From contig DZAX01000003.1 of NCBI GenBank assembly GCA_022729705.1, forward strand, positions 17,214-81,213: a stretch of 64,000 bases of DNA, read 5' to 3'. The notes beneath the pieces were generated by a model. The model was not told the origin of the DNA, made no database searches, and worked only from the letters and a program-made list of their open reading frames with translations. Position 1 is the stretch's first letter; the number at the start of each line of letters is the position of its first letter. Made by a program: the position numbers and the translations under genes. This document shows positions 1-9,851 of the stretch, in pieces. The DNA is from Helicobacter cetorum (GTDB lineage: Bacteria; Campylobacterota; Campylobacteria; Campylobacterales; UBA6016).

Positions 1-116
1 TCCTCTAGCGTATCTCCCGCAGAAATACACCCCGAAATATCAGGAAAAAATACACCGCATCCACCATCCTCTGTTTGCTCAAATACCGCCGGATACGCTT
101 TTAGCCATTTTTCCAT
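1..116 (-). CDS. hicB: HicB-family antitoxin, N-terminal part (gene runs off the window start)
   Basis: Minus-strand translation from the ATG at 114-116 reads MEKWLKAYPAVFEQTEDGGCGVFFPDISGCISAGDTLEE, a typical HicB N-terminus. The start overlaps the hicA stop. Confidence 0.6.
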   Translation of the reverse strand, partial: MEKWLKAYPAVFEQTEDGGCGVFFPDISGCISAGDTLE

Positions 117-319
117 TTTTCAAACTCCTCTTTGGTTTTTCCAAGCTGTTTTAGTATGTTTTGCATTGTTTTTGGCGGTATGCTCTTTTTTGGGTGCGGA
201 ATAGTCGCCTTGCGCTTTAGCTCACCATGCTTAAATTGCTTATGGCTTCCCTCTTGCGATACCTCATACCATCCCAAAAAAAGAGCGTATTTGATTAAAT
301 CTTTTGAAGTCGCTTGCAT
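101..319 (-). CDS. hicA: HicA-family mRNA interferase toxin
   Basis: ORF 101..361. The internal Met start gives MQATSKDLIKYALFLGWYEVSQEGSHKQFKH...ATIPHPKKSIPPKTMQNILKQLG, a HicA/YcfA-type pattern. It is followed by hicB in the usual hicA-hicB order. Confidence 0.75.
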   Translation of the reverse strand: MQATSKDLIKYALFLGWYEVSQEGSHKQFKHGELKRKATIPHPKKSIPPKTMQNILKQLGKTKEEFEKWKNG

Positions 320-474
320 ACTGTTTTTACTTTTATATTTTTTATATGTATTATTGTACACACTTTTTGTTTATCTTGGCGCTCGTTTTTTATGGAAATA
401 GAAAAATTGTGATGAGGCTATTGCTAGTATAATGCCCTACTTAACTGCGACTTCACAAGGCATACCTCTTAAAA

Positions 475-496
475 TTAGGTGCGAAAGATGAGTTAT
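475..496 (+). repeat. Dispersed 20-22 nt motif TTAGGTGCGAAAGATGAGTTAT (copy 1 of 3)
   Basis: Identical to 4332..4353 and near-identical (reverse complement) to 47325..47345. It reads as AGGTG-N6-ATG (Shine-Dalgarno plus start). Confidence 0.8.
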
Positions 497-562
497 CAAG
501 TCAAATCATCAACTTTCTCCCGCATTTATGCGGGTAATCACCTTTCGGCGATGGAACTCGGC

Positions 563-632
563 GGGGGGGATGCAAGGAGCGATTGGTCCCTGCCGCAAAT
601 ACTGGCTTTGCTCGTATTTGCGCATAATATCA
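563..632 (+). repeat. GC-rich multi-hairpin intergenic repeat, family A
   Basis: GGGGGATGCAAGGAGCGATTGGTCCCTGCCGCAAATACTGGCTTTGCTCGTATTTGCGCATAATATCA aligns by eye with 10576..10634 and with the reverse complement of 37142..37209. Confidence 0.75.
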
Positions 633-676
633 GTCTCCAAATTATTTTTTAAATAGTAAAGCTGTAAAATAGAACT

Positions 677-3040
677 ATGCTTAAACAAATAATTACTCTA
701 ACGCTTGCCACAGCCACGTTGTTTGCTCTAAATATAGACGTCAAACTTGGTAAAAGCAAAAGCGAAAAATACTCGGTTTTAAATCTAGAGAGTGCGGAGT
801 CTTTCCGTTGTTATAAAAATGAAGCGGATGAGGCTCCAAAATATAGCTATATTTGCGAATTCCCAAAGCCGCCTAAGACGCCGTTTAAGGGGTTTAAAAG
901 CGACTTTTTTACTGTTTCTCAATACGATTCTGGAGGCTATAAACTATCAATAGTCTCTAGGACAAAATCCGATATTTTTTCGCAAACTTTTGACCCTAAA
1001 AGTGTTTACGAAAAAAGAGCCGGGCTTGAGAAGAGCGCAAAAAAGTTTGTAATTGTGGCGTATGAAAAAGAGTTGCCGTTTGCCTCACCCATGAAAAACC
1101 CGCCGATTAATTTTCCGATAGCTTTTGGCACAGACCCGTATGTGTATGTAAAGACTCTCGACATAAACGGCTTGCCGATAAACGACGCTGGCTCTTTACA
1201 GGATATAGCGCAGTTTAACGCCGTTAGAAAAATGTACAAAAAAGGTTCTTATGCTGAGACAATCACGCTAGCCGAACAAGCCCAAAAAAGCTCTCCAAAC
1301 TCTATTTTTACATCCGAATACGAGCTACTTCGCATCAAATCTCTTACGGCTTTGGGCGGAGCCGCAAACAATATCACGGCCATAGAGATTGGCAAAGCGT
1401 GGCTCAAAAACTTTCCGGATGATGAAAAAGCCTCAGATGTGTTGGTAGCTCTCATGATTGCTTCGGCGAGAAACCAAGACCTCAAAAACGCCCAGTACTA
1501 TTTTGAGAGAGTGACCGGAGATTTTGCGTTTTTGGATATATCAAAACAGGCGATGATTGATTTTGGCGACGCATTTAGGTCGTCTTTGCCCAAAAAGTCG
1601 ATAGAGCTTTATAAAAGAGCGCTTTACGAGACAAAAGAGAAAGAGACGGCTTCTTTGGCGGCGTACAAAATAGCCGACACATATCTTTCGCTAAACGATA
1701 GCGAGAGAGCCAAAGAGTATTACGCCAAAATCCTCAAAGGAAACGTTGGGTTTATACTAAAAGATCCTGAGGGGACATATAGTTTCGCCAAAAAACTAGC
1801 CGGAGCCGCTATATATACGCAAGCTTCCGATGTTGGCGATTTGACGATTGATAATCTAAACAAAAAAAGTCCAAGCTATGAGACGCTTCTTAGCGATATT
1901 GGTGAGTGGTTTGCAAACGCAGGGGATGCGCAAAAGGCAAGAAGTTATTTTAAACGCTATTTGAGCGAGTTTCCGGCGGGCAAATTTAATAAAAGTGTAG
2001 AGGCCAGGCTAGATAAGCTAAACTTCAACGGCGACCAAAATATGAGCGTAACGGAGCTAGTCAAGCTAGCCGACAAGTATCCAAAAGATCAAGTTGGGCA
2101 AAAAGCCATCGTAAAAACGTTAAAAACGTTAACTGAAAATAAAAAATATGAAGACGCTTTGGCTCTTGAGCCAAAAGTCGCCGCTTTTGGTTTGGGTAAA
2201 GAGCTTCTTGCTGAAGCGAGCGGATATATTTTAAAAAGTGAAAAAGAGGCGCTTAGCCAATATCTAGCCTCTAATCGTTGTAAAGAGGCGACCGCGCTAT
2301 ACGCTAAAAATCGCATTGCCCTAAGCGGAGCCGAAGAGCCTAAGATATTTGATTGTTTGATGAGTGCCGGAGACTTTTTTAGGGCGTATGACCTATCCAA
2401 AAAACGTGTGATCGTAAAAGACTTGGCGGCAAAGCTTCCATGGCTTTACAGGCTAGAAGCCTCAGCGCTAAAAACGGGTAACACAAAAGAGGCTTATGGC
2501 GCGGCAAAAGATGTGTTGGCTCTATCAAAAATATACAAAGTCGGCGATTTCTCCGGCGTAGCTTTTGACGCGACTACCTTGGCGTTAGAGTATAAAGACG
2601 GGGTTATGATGGCTGAGGCGGCAAATATTATAGACAATCATTATCCGTCTGATTCAAGAAGTATTACAGCATATAAAGCGGCGGCTCGTTTGGCAATTAG
2701 TAAAAACGACACTCTTTCAAATCTAAAGTATTCAGAGAGAATTTACAATCTTCAAAATAAGCTAAAGATTTTTGTAGAGACTCCGTGGGTTGAGTTTAAC
2801 TACGCCTCAGCGCTTGCAAAAAGCGGCGCACACAAAAAAGCGGCAAACATAATGGAAGCTCTTTTGCAAAAACAGCTTTCCGCAGAAGATAGAAGCAGAG
2901 CTCTTTTTGAGCTTTCATCCAATCTTATCTCCGCCGGAGAGAGGGCAAGAGCAAAAACTACGTTAAATGAGTGTATAAAAATAAATAATAACTCATCTTG
3001 GAAAAAACTGTGTCAAGACTCGCTGGATATTTTAAAATAA
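677..3040 (+). CDS. Secreted TPR-like repeat protein (size and architecture reminiscent of PflA-type flagellar accessory proteins, tentative)
   Basis: 787-aa ORF with signal-like N-terminus MLKQIITLTLATATLFA. It has many helical-pair repeats (AKEYYAKILKG, ARSYFKRYLSEFP). The family was not firmly recognised. Confidence 0.6.
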   Translation: MLKQIITLTLATATLFALNIDVKLGKSKSEKYSVLNLESAESFRCYKNEADEAPKYSYICEFPKPPKTPFKGFKSDFFTVSQYDSGGYKLSIVSRTKSDIFSQTFDPKSVYEKRAGLEKSAKKFVIVAYEKELPFASPMKNPPINFPIAFGTDPYVYVKTLDINGLPINDAGSLQDIAQFNAVRKMYKKGSYAETITLAEQAQKSSPNSIFTSEYELLRIKSLTALGGAANNITAIEIGKAWLKNFPDDEKASDVLVALMIASARNQDLKNAQYYFERVTGDFAFLDISKQAMIDFGDAFRSSLPKKSIELYKRALYETKEKETASLAAYKIADTYLSLNDSERAKEYYAKILKGNVGFILKDPEGTYSFAKKLAGAAIYTQASDVGDLTIDNLNKKSPSYETLLSDIGEWFANAGDAQKARSYFKRYLSEFPAGKFNKSVEARLDKLNFNGDQNMSVTELVKLADKYPKDQVGQKAIVKTLKTLTENKKYEDALALEPKVAAFGLGKELLAEASGYILKSEKEALSQYLASNRCKEATALYAKNRIALSGAEEPKIFDCLMSAGDFFRAYDLSKKRVIVKDLAAKLPWLYRLEASALKTGNTKEAYGAAKDVLALSKIYKVGDFSGVAFDATTLALEYKDGVMMAEAANIIDNHYPSDSRSITAYKAAARLAISKNDTLSNLKYSERIYNLQNKLKIFVETPWVEFNYASALAKSGAHKKAANIMEALLQKQLSAEDRSRALFELSSNLISAGERARAKTTLNECIKINNNSSWKKLCQDSLDILK

Positions 3041-3080
3041 TTTGTCTACAATGCGTAGACTTCAAATTTAAGGAGCAATC

Positions 3081-3302
3081 ATGCAAGAGGTAAAACTTCT
3101 ACACACTATTAATTTGGCCAGCTTAGAGGGCGGTAAGATAATGCTAAGCCATGTCGAACGCCCTTACGGCGAAAACTCAGAGGCGGTCGTAAGCATTGGG
3201 GTAACCCTAAAAGGTGATGAGCCTGATTGGAAGGTTCATATTCCATATCAAAATATAGACGAGCTAATTGAAGCTCTAAGAGCCGCAAAAAGCGCTCAAT
3301 AA
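3081..3302 (+). CDS. Hypothetical small protein
   Basis: 73-aa ORF with a good RBS (AAGGAG 7 nt upstream of the ATG). No family recognised. Confidence 0.5.
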   Translation: MQEVKLLHTINLASLEGGKIMLSHVERPYGENSEAVVSIGVTLKGDEPDWKVHIPYQNIDELIEALRAAKSAQ

Positions 3303-3552
3303 TAAGGGTTCTAAATCAAAAGTAATCGGTAACTTAACAATCAAAAATATTACAAAATCAGTAGTATTTGACACAGAGACGAGCAAGGTTGTTACAGATA
3401 TGCAGGGCGGTCAAAGAATCGGCGTTACGCTTAGCTCTAAAATCAATAGAAAAGATTTTGGGCTAAACTGGAATAAAACCCTTGAAGCTGGCGGTTTTGT
3501 GGTTGGAGATGAAATAAAAATTAGCGTCGAACTAGAAGGCGTGGCAAAATAG
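3301..3552 (+). pseudogene. YceI-family (polyisoprenoid-binding) protein, C-terminal fragment only
   Basis: The frame-1 translation GSKSKVIGNLTIKNITKSVVFDTE...SSKINRKDFGLNWNKTLEAGGFVVGDEIKISVELEGVAK matches the YceI C-terminal half. There is no N-terminal half or signal peptide, and the frame opens only at 3280. Confidence 0.55.
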
Positions 3553-3558
3553 AGTTGT

Positions 3559-3586
3559 AATCGGGAGTTTTCTCCCGATTTTGTTT
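3559..3586. terminator. Bidirectional rho-independent terminator hairpin
   Basis: AATCGGGAG-TTTT-CTCCCGATT followed by TTGTTT, between convergent reading frames. Confidence 0.6.
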
Positions 3587-3914
3587 ACATCCCCGGCTTT
3601 CCCATTCCAGGCTCCGGCGGACTCATTTCACCCCTCGGCGCCCCCGGATCCCTCGGACCTCTTTTTGGTCTAGTGGCTCGCATAGCGTCAGTCTCTTTTT
3701 TTCTGCACTCTTTTAAAGCCGCATTATCTGTTGCAACCTCAACGCAAGACTTAAACTCTTTGATGATACTTATTTTTTTATCCGCCATTTGGCTCATGTT
3801 TGCCTTAGCGGTCTCAAAATTAGCCGGATTATTTGGTCCGGCCGCCAATAAAGCCGATGAAGCGCCGATAAGTAGAGATAAAGATACAACGAGTTTTTTC
3901 ATTAGAGACTCCAC
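3585..3914 (-). CDS. Small secreted protein with a Pro/Gly/Arg-rich tail
   Basis: 109-aa ORF with signal peptide MKKLVVSLSLLIGASSALLAAG. The likely start is the second Met at 3902. Confidence 0.5.
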   Translation of the reverse strand: MESLMKKLVVSLSLLIGASSALLAAGPNNPANFETAKANMSQMADKKISIIKEFKSCVEVATDNAALKECRKKETDAMRATRPKRGPRDPGAPRGEMSPPEPGMGKPGM

Positions 3915-3944
3915 TGTTTATTTTGCGATGCGCCATGATTTTAT

Positions 3945-4079
3945 CTGATTGATTCTCAAATTTTCGGCAAAGCCCAAAATGTGATGATTAATCAGAGCGT
4001 TCAATTAAATAACTGTCAAGTTTCACTACATTACCCCGTCCCATTTAAAAGAGTAGCATAAAACGCATCAGGTGAAATC
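3945..4079 (+). repeat. Dispersed repeat family C (core ...CTCA-ATTTT-GGCAAAGCCCAAAATG...), copy with internal deletion
   Basis: Aligns by eye with the reverse complement of 18138..18304 and with 52585..52645. Confidence 0.65.
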
Positions 4080-4331
4080 TTAAAATTTTGCGGCTCTATT
4101 TCAAACCAACTTTTAACCGCTTCACGCGATGTTCTATTTGAGGATCTGCGGTCGCGGGGTTTGTTGGGGGTTTGATTTCATTATATTTGGTTGCTAACCC
4201 GGCATTTTAAATCAGACTTTTGTATAATTTCCATTACATACATGCAAGTTTGTACTGGTCAAATAGGAATAAGGATTTTACAAATATCATTACCTCGCTA
4301 CGAAGCGCAACTGCTGAATTATTGCTTGGAT

Positions 4332-4353
4332 TTAGGTGCGAAAGATGAGTTAT
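4332..4353 (+). repeat. Dispersed motif TTAGGTGCGAAAGATGAGTTAT (copy 2)
   Basis: Exact 22-nt match to 475..496. The ATG is followed by AGT TAT ATA TAG (stop after 4 codons). It lies 34 nt upstream of the 4387 ORF. Confidence 0.8.
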
Positions 4354-4386
4354 ATATAGAATACAATTGGGGAGTAGGTTGACAAT

Positions 4387-5733
4387 ATGCAAATAGCGGT
4401 ATTTTCTGGTGATAAGAAGAGTGTTGATATAGCTGTTAAAAATTTAGAGCTTACGCTTTATAAAAATCAAAAACTAATCGACTGGTTGTCTAACAAAAAT
4501 GAAAGCGTAGAGTTTTCGGTCTACTACGAAAATTTTGACCAAGAGAATCTGTTAAAACAAAAAATAGACGTCGCAATTATTTTTGAGGACGTAGGATTAA
4601 AGTTTGCGCTAACCAAAAAAATCAAACTCAAATATGGCAGTTGTGTAAATATCTATATCTCTTCTCAAAACAGTAGTCTACAAAATATGATAAACGAGCA
4701 CATAGACGATTTTATGCTAAGTAGCGAGCTTCTTGCGGGCGCTAGCGAGTCAAAATTGAAAATTTGGCTTGAGCTCTCTTTTTTGAGACAGCACGACATG
4801 AGCGTGTCCGAGGATGGAAAAAATATTTTTAACGTCAAAACCTGCCCCAGACGCACTAGATTTGATATACACAATGAGGGCTCGCTCAATCTTCTGTGGG
4901 AATTTTTTCTTAACGACAAAAGGTTTGATAGACTCTCTTACGCTAGCGACTGGATTCAAGCATGCTATAACATATGTCTCAAACTTTTGGATTTGGGCTA
5001 TAAACCTTTTGTTGTTTTTGGGGAAAACAACGCCGTCTACTCTCTTACAATCTCTCCGTTGCCTATCGGGAAAAAGGCTTTTTATAGGGAGCTTGTAGAG
5101 TATGCGCAACTAGAGAAACTAAGATTTATCAGCCATAGCTGCAGAAATTCAAAAGGAATTTTTTCACTTCGCCTGCTAAAAGATCTTAGTTTTGAAGAAG
5201 AATCAAACACAAAAACACCGCCGCCGCAAGAAGAGCAGACGGCAGCCGCATATATTCCGCTTAAAAATCCATCTATGTCTGTAGACTCTGCTAGGGAGTA
5301 TATTAAAGAGTGCGGCATCAATGAAGAAGATTTATCGGAAATAAGACTACTAAACAAAGATGTTGAAGATGATTTGGACGAGACGGACGACCTAATGAAA
5401 AGTCTCAGAATATATGGAAGATTTTTTATCGACTTCTCGGAAGCTATCAAAAAACTATTAGCGTTTGAGGATCTTAGAAACATAATAAGCGACATCGGAA
5501 AAATTATGCTCGAAGTAAAAGAGGTGGAGAAAATCGAGAGATCCGTATTTTTTGCAGACTTAATCAGACGAGATCTAACCCTTTGGTTTAATCACATCTT
5601 TATACTACAAGACGCTCAAAATGTGCACTATTTAGACGCTTCCCTAGCTAGTAGTTGTCATAAAATAAAAGAGTGTTTAAGCCCTGAATCTGTCGGCGTC
5701 GGTAATGATGATTGCGAATTGGAGCTTTTCTAA
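4387..5733 (+). CDS. Hypothetical 448-aa cytoplasmic protein with an acidic C-terminal half
   Basis: Long ORF with an ATG start and no TM segments. It has an acidic stretch NEEDLSEIRLLNKDVEDDLDETDD and ends in GNDDCELELF. No family recognised. Confidence 0.55.
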   Translation: MQIAVFSGDKKSVDIAVKNLELTLYKNQKLIDWLSNKNESVEFSVYYENFDQENLLKQKIDVAIIFEDVGLKFALTKKIKLKYGSCVNIYISSQNSSLQNMINEHIDDFMLSSELLAGASESKLKIWLELSFLRQHDMSVSEDGKNIFNVKTCPRRTRFDIHNEGSLNLLWEFFLNDKRFDRLSYASDWIQACYNICLKLLDLGYKPFVVFGENNAVYSLTISPLPIGKKAFYRELVEYAQLEKLRFISHSCRNSKGIFSLRLLKDLSFEEESNTKTPPPQEEQTAAAYIPLKNPSMSVDSAREYIKECGINEEDLSEIRLLNKDVEDDLDETDDLMKSLRIYGRFFIDFSEAIKKLLAFEDLRNIISDIGKIMLEVKEVEKIERSVFFADLIRRDLTLWFNHIFILQDAQNVHYLDASLASSCHKIKECLSPESVGVGNDDCELELF

Positions 5734-5824
5734 AACTCGCCAATACTTATTCACAATCACTCGCTTACCTCTTAATTTTTGCCGAGCAGATATTTATTTT
5801 CTACTCCTCCAAGCGAGCAAGTTA

Positions 5825-6760
5825 TTATCCATCTTCGTTCATTTGTTTAATAAGTTCGCTTAAGACCTCTTGCATCTTGTCGTTTTTCACTTGACAAGTT
5901 CCAGCCGCTCCGTGTCCGCCGCCTCCGTATTTTAGCATTAGGGTTCCCACGACGGTTTTACTGGAGCGGTCAAAGATTGATTTTCCGCATGCTAGTACTG
6001 TATTTTGCCGTTTTAGTCCCCAGATGATGTGTATGGAAATATTGGTTTGAGGAAATAGGGCGTATATCATAAAGCGGTTTGTCGGGTATATTAGCTCTTC
6101 GTTTCGTGTGTCAAAAACAGCTACGTTGTTGTGTACGGTAGTGGCTTGAAGTATCTGTTCTTTTGCTTGATTTGCGTATCTATTGTAGAGCTCAACTCTC
6201 TCTTTTACGTCTTCAAGCTCAAATATCTCCTCTATCGTATGGTTCCTACAGTAGTCAATCAAATCCATCATCAATTGGTAGTTGGAGATACGAAACTCTC
6301 TAAAACGTCCAAGTCCGGTTCTAGCATCCATCAAAAAACTAAAAAACTCCCATCCTTTTGGCTCCAATATATCACTCATCTCAAACTGCGCCGAATCCGC
6401 CTTGTCAACGGCTATCATCATCTGCTCAAAGCTTCTTGGGAAAATATCAAATCCTCCAAAATGTTCAAACACAACCCTAGCGGCACTAGGAGCTGTAGGA
6501 ATAATGATGTGGTTATCTTTTTTTTCGTTTCGTAAAGCTTCTGATAGATGGTGGTCAAACGCTAAGTAGACGCCCTCGACAAACGGCAGATTGGTGGTGA
6601 TGTCGTTTGCGTGTATTATTACTTTTGCATCCTGCATATCTTTTGGATGCACAAACGCTATATCGTCTATAATACCAAGATGCCTTAAAAGTACAGCGCA
6701 AACAAGCCCATCTATATCGCTTCTAGTAATCAGTCTATGTTTTTTTTCACTCACTCTCAA
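5825..6760 (-). CDS. DHH-family phosphoesterase (exopolyphosphatase-like)
   Basis: 311 aa. N-terminal ITRSDIDGLVCAVLL...AFDHH and C-terminal GGGGHGAAG resemble DHH/DHHA1 motifs. Confidence 0.6.
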   Translation of the reverse strand: MRVSEKKHRLITRSDIDGLVCAVLLRHLGIIDDIAFVHPKDMQDAKVIIHANDITTNLPFVEGVYLAFDHHLSEALRNEKKDNHIIIPTAPSAARVVFEHFGGFDIFPRSFEQMMIAVDKADSAQFEMSDILEPKGWEFFSFLMDARTGLGRFREFRISNYQLMMDLIDYCRNHTIEEIFELEDVKERVELYNRYANQAKEQILQATTVHNNVAVFDTRNEELIYPTNRFMIYALFPQTNISIHIIWGLKRQNTVLACGKSIFDRSSKTVVGTLMLKYGGGGHGAAGTCQVKNDKMQEVLSELIKQMNEDG

Positions 6761-7023
6761 GCTCCTTTTTTTGTTTAACCTGTTTTAACTTATTTTACAA
6801 TATTAATATATATAACAGGGCTTATTGGGGCGTAAAATACTACCCAAAAGAGTGGTTTTGTGCAGTTTTATATATTTTGACGCAATTATCGTGCACGCAT
6901 TTGACAAAGAAAACAGCGTCAATCTAATCATTCCCGAAGAGGCAAATGCCTACGTCACAAAAGAAGCGTTTCTTGACGATGGTTTTACACATTAATTTTT
7001 AAATGTATTTTATGGAGCTCTTA

Positions 7024-8133
7024 TTAACTAAACAGCGCCTCAAGAGCCGCTTTGGAGGATGTTGGTTTTTTCTCTTCCATTTTTGGAGCTTCCATCGCCC
7101 CCGCTTCTTCTATAAGCTCTATTTGATAACCCGTTAGCATGGAGGCTAATCTTATGTTTATGCCCGCTTTTCCGATAGCTTTTGATTTTTGGCCCTCAAA
7201 TACGCTTACTATCGCTGTATCACCCTTGATGACAACGCCTTTTACAGCTGCCGGACTCATCGCTCGGGATACGAAAAGCTCCGGAACCTCTGAGTATTCG
7301 ATAACGTCTATATTTTCGTTTTTTAGCTCTTTTGACACTGAGTTGATTCTCACGCCTTTTACGCCTACCGCCGTGCCTATTGGGTCTACTCTTGGGCTGT
7401 TGGAGCTTAGAGCTAGCTTTGCCCTCTCTCCTGGGATTCTAGCGCATTTTTTGATTTCGATTAAGCCCTCTGAGATTTCCGGCACCTCAAGTCTCATTAG
7501 CTCTTCCAAAAATTTTGGGCTTGTGCGGGTAAGCTCTAGCCCTATCCCCTTTTTGGAGTTTGTATCTATCACTTTTAGCACCGCTTTTACGACGTTTCCT
7601 ACTTTAAAGGTTTCGCCTTTTATACGGTTTTTTCTAGGCATCAACGCTCTTATTTCATCTATTTCGATAAAGGTGTTGCCGTCCGCATCCACCCTTACCA
7701 CTTGACCAGAGACTATTCTGCCCTCTTTTTTGGAGTATTTTTTGTAGATTTCGTTTTCTATTAACTTTTGGATTTCATTTTCAAGCTCTCTGTGCATAAT
7801 ATTTACGATATTTCTGCCGTACTCTTCCAGATTGATGTCGTATCTAAGCTCGTCGCCAATATCTAGGCTTTCGTCTATCGTCTTTGCCTCTGTGACGTTG
7901 ATATAGTTTTTGCCATCCGCCACAAGCGGGTCTTCATCGGAGACTACAAGCACTTTCTGATAGAGCCTTGCTCGTCTCTTTTCATCATCAAACTCTACAT
8001 CAAAAAAAAGGTCGCTACCAATCGCCTTGGTTGCGCTTTTTATGAGAGCCGCCTTGATTCCCTCTTTTACGTCTTTTGGATTTAGACTTTTTTCGTATGC
8101 GATAGAATCCGCAATATCAAGTATTTTTTCCAA
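7024..8133 (-). CDS. nusA: Transcription termination/antitermination factor NusA
   Basis: 369 aa with an S1-like then KH-like layout (VSGQVVRVD..., RIPGERAKLALSS, IGTAVGVKGVRI, AIGKAGINIRLAS). TTG start with an AAGGAAAG RBS. Confidence 0.9.
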   Translation of the reverse strand: MEKILDIADSIAYEKSLNPKDVKEGIKAALIKSATKAIGSDLFFDVEFDDEKRRARLYQKVLVVSDEDPLVADGKNYINVTEAKTIDESLDIGDELRYDINLEEYGRNIVNIMHRELENEIQKLIENEIYKKYSKKEGRIVSGQVVRVDADGNTFIEIDEIRALMPRKNRIKGETFKVGNVVKAVLKVIDTNSKKGIGLELTRTSPKFLEELMRLEVPEISEGLIEIKKCARIPGERAKLALSSNSPRVDPIGTAVGVKGVRINSVSKELKNENIDVIEYSEVPELFVSRAMSPAAVKGVVIKGDTAIVSVFEGQKSKAIGKAGINIRLASMLTGYQIELIEEAGAMEAPKMEEKKPTSSKAALEALFS

Positions 8134-8310
8134 GTTATGGCTTTCCTTATTGATTACTTTTTGACAAAAACATAAAAAATGTTGACTATGGATTTTTTGT
8201 TTTTTTGAAGACTGAAATAATACTTAAAACAAGCTTTAATACAGATTAAACTTTAAGGCTATTTTAGCTACAATAAACCATAATTTTGTACACAATAAAG
8301 CCTTAAGGAA

Positions 8311-8559
8311 ATGATGATGCAACTAAAGCTAGCAGGGGAAGACAGCAGCGCCAACCCAAAAACGATAACGGTAGACAAGCTACTAGAAGAGGCTATGACA
8401 AAAAGGCCTTGTATATACTATTTTGACAAATCAAACTCGCATAAAGACCTAATAGTGCTAGTGGAAAAAGTGGAAAAACTAAACGCCGGCATCTATCTAA
8501 GAGAGGTTAAGTATGGGCTTGACGAGCAAGATTATCTATATGAGGTGCATATTATTTAA
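8311..8559 (+). CDS. Hypothetical small protein upstream of miaB
   Basis: 82-aa ORF whose stop overlaps the miaB start (ATGTAA-type junction). Confidence 0.45.
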   Translation: MMMQLKLAGEDSSANPKTITVDKLLEEAMTKRPCIYYFDKSNSHKDLIVLVEKVEKLNAGIYLREVKYGLDEQDYLYEVHII

Positions 8560-9851
8560 TGTCCCAAAAACTCCTTTACATAGAGACCCTAGGCTGCGCT
8601 ATGAATGTCAGAGACTCAGAACATATCATAGCGGAGCTAACCGAGAAAGATAGTTACCTCCTTACATCCTCCCCAAAAGATGCGGATCTTATCATTATCA
8701 ATACCTGCTCTGTTAGAGAAAAGCCGGTTCAAAAGCTCTTTAGCGAAATAGGCGTTTTCAAAAAACTCAAAAAAAGCGGCGCCAAAATTGGCGTATGCGG
8801 TTGCACTGCAAGCCACCTAGGCGATGAGATAATCAAAAAAGCCCCTGCTGTAAACTTCGTCGTAGGCGCTAGAAACGTCTCAAAAATCAAAACAGCCGTA
8901 GAGACAGAGGGTTTTGTAGCGATAGATATAGATTATGACGACTCCTCTTATATGTTTGGCGAATATAGAAAAGACGGCTTTCGCGCTCTTGTCAATATCT
9001 CTATTGGTTGCGACAAAGAGTGCGCCTACTGCATCGTTCCGCATACAAGAGGCGATGAAGTCTCAGTTCCGCTTGAACTTATAATAAACGAAGTCAAAAA
9101 AGCGGTGGATAAAGGCGCAAAAGAGGTGATCCTTTTAGGGCAAAACGTCAACAACTACGGCAAAGGTTTTAAAGATAAAACCATCAACTTTACAAGACTG
9201 CTTCAAGAGGTAAGTCGCATAGAAGGCTTAGAGCGATTACGTTTTACCTCCCCGCACCCTCTTCACGCCGATGATGAGTTTATCGAAGAGTTTGTGAGCA
9301 ACCCAAAAATCTGTAAAAATATGCACTTTCCGCTTCAAAGCGGCAGTACAAAAGTGCTAAAAGATATGAGACGCGGCTACACAAAAGAGTGGTTTTTGGC
9401 TAAAGCCGCAAAAATTAGAGAGCTTTGTCCGGAGGCGACTATCAGCACGGACGTTATCGTAGGTTTTCCAGGGGAGAGTGACGAGGAGTTTTTGGAGACG
9501 ATGGAAGTTGTCAAAGAGGTTGGCTTTGAGATGATGTTTTCGTTTGCCTATTCGCCAAGACCTCTTACAAAAGCCTCCGATATGCCTTTTCAGATTGATG
9601 AAGAAATCAAAAAAATGAGGCTTTTGACGCTTCAAAGTGCGCAACTAGCAATCCAAGAAGAAGCGCACAAAAGACAAGTCGGCAAAGTGGAAAAACTCCT
9701 CGTTGAGGGCAAAGACGGCGATATGTATTTTGGAAAGACGGGCGCCGGATTTGGCGTAAAGTTTGAGAGCAAAGAGGAGCTTTTAGGTCAAATCGTAAGC
9801 GTCAAAATAACAAAAGCGGGGAGGCATGCGTTAAGTGGGCTTCTTGTCTAA
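8559..9851 (+). CDS. miaB: tRNA-i6A37 methylthiotransferase MiaB
   Basis: N-terminal [16 protein letters not shown], radical-SAM [11 protein letters not shown] and a C-terminal TRAM-like region. Confidence 0.85.
   Translation: MSQKLLYIETLGCAMNVRDSEHIIAELTEKDSYLLTSSPKDADLIIINTCSVREKPVQKLFSEIGVFKKLKKSGAKIGVCGCTASHLGDEIIKKAPAVNFVVGARNVSKIKTAVETEGFVAIDIDYDDSSYMFGEYRKDGFRALVNISIGCDKECAYCIVPHTRGDEVSVPLELIINEVKKAVDKGAKEVILLGQNVNNYGKGFKDKTINFTRLLQEVSRIEGLERLRFTSPHPLHADDEFIEEFVSNPKICKNMHFPLQSGSTKVLKDMRRGYTKEWFLAKAAKIRELCPEATISTDVIVGFPGESDEEFLETMEVVKEVGFEMMFSFAYSPRPLTKASDMPFQIDEEIKKMRLLTLQSAQLAIQEEAHKRQVGKVEKLLVEGKDGDMYFGKTGAGFGVKFESKEELLGQIVSVKITKAGRHALSGLLV

Noticed and set aside
132-401. 89-aa plus-strand ORF overlapping hicA.
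   Set aside because: It is antisense to a well-supported HicA frame, is hydrophobic low-complexity text, and matches no recognisable family.
489-662. 57-codon frame starting at the ATG of the dispersed SD+ATG motif (MSYQVKSSTFSRIYAGNHLSAMELGGGDARSDW...).
   Set aside because: It runs through the CCCGCATTTATGCGGG hairpin and a family A repeat. The other two motif copies stop after 3-4 codons.
6800-6995. Possible protein fragment (…DAIIVHAFDKENSVNLIIPEEANAYVTKEAFLDDGFTH*) between the DHH gene and nusA.
   Set aside because: There is no start, no recognisable family and the length is under 50 aa. It is treated as non-coding or debris.
7139-7705. 188-aa ORF on the plus strand inside nusA. Similar long antisense ORFs occur at 53012..53572 (opposite selD), 44588..45052, 15383..15829, 5082..5495, 49737..50150, 35932..36306 and 63299..63676.
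   Set aside because: Each lies fully within, and antisense to, a gene with strong family motifs. They have low-complexity Ser/Phe/Ile-rich composition and no RBS, and behave as shadow ORFs.
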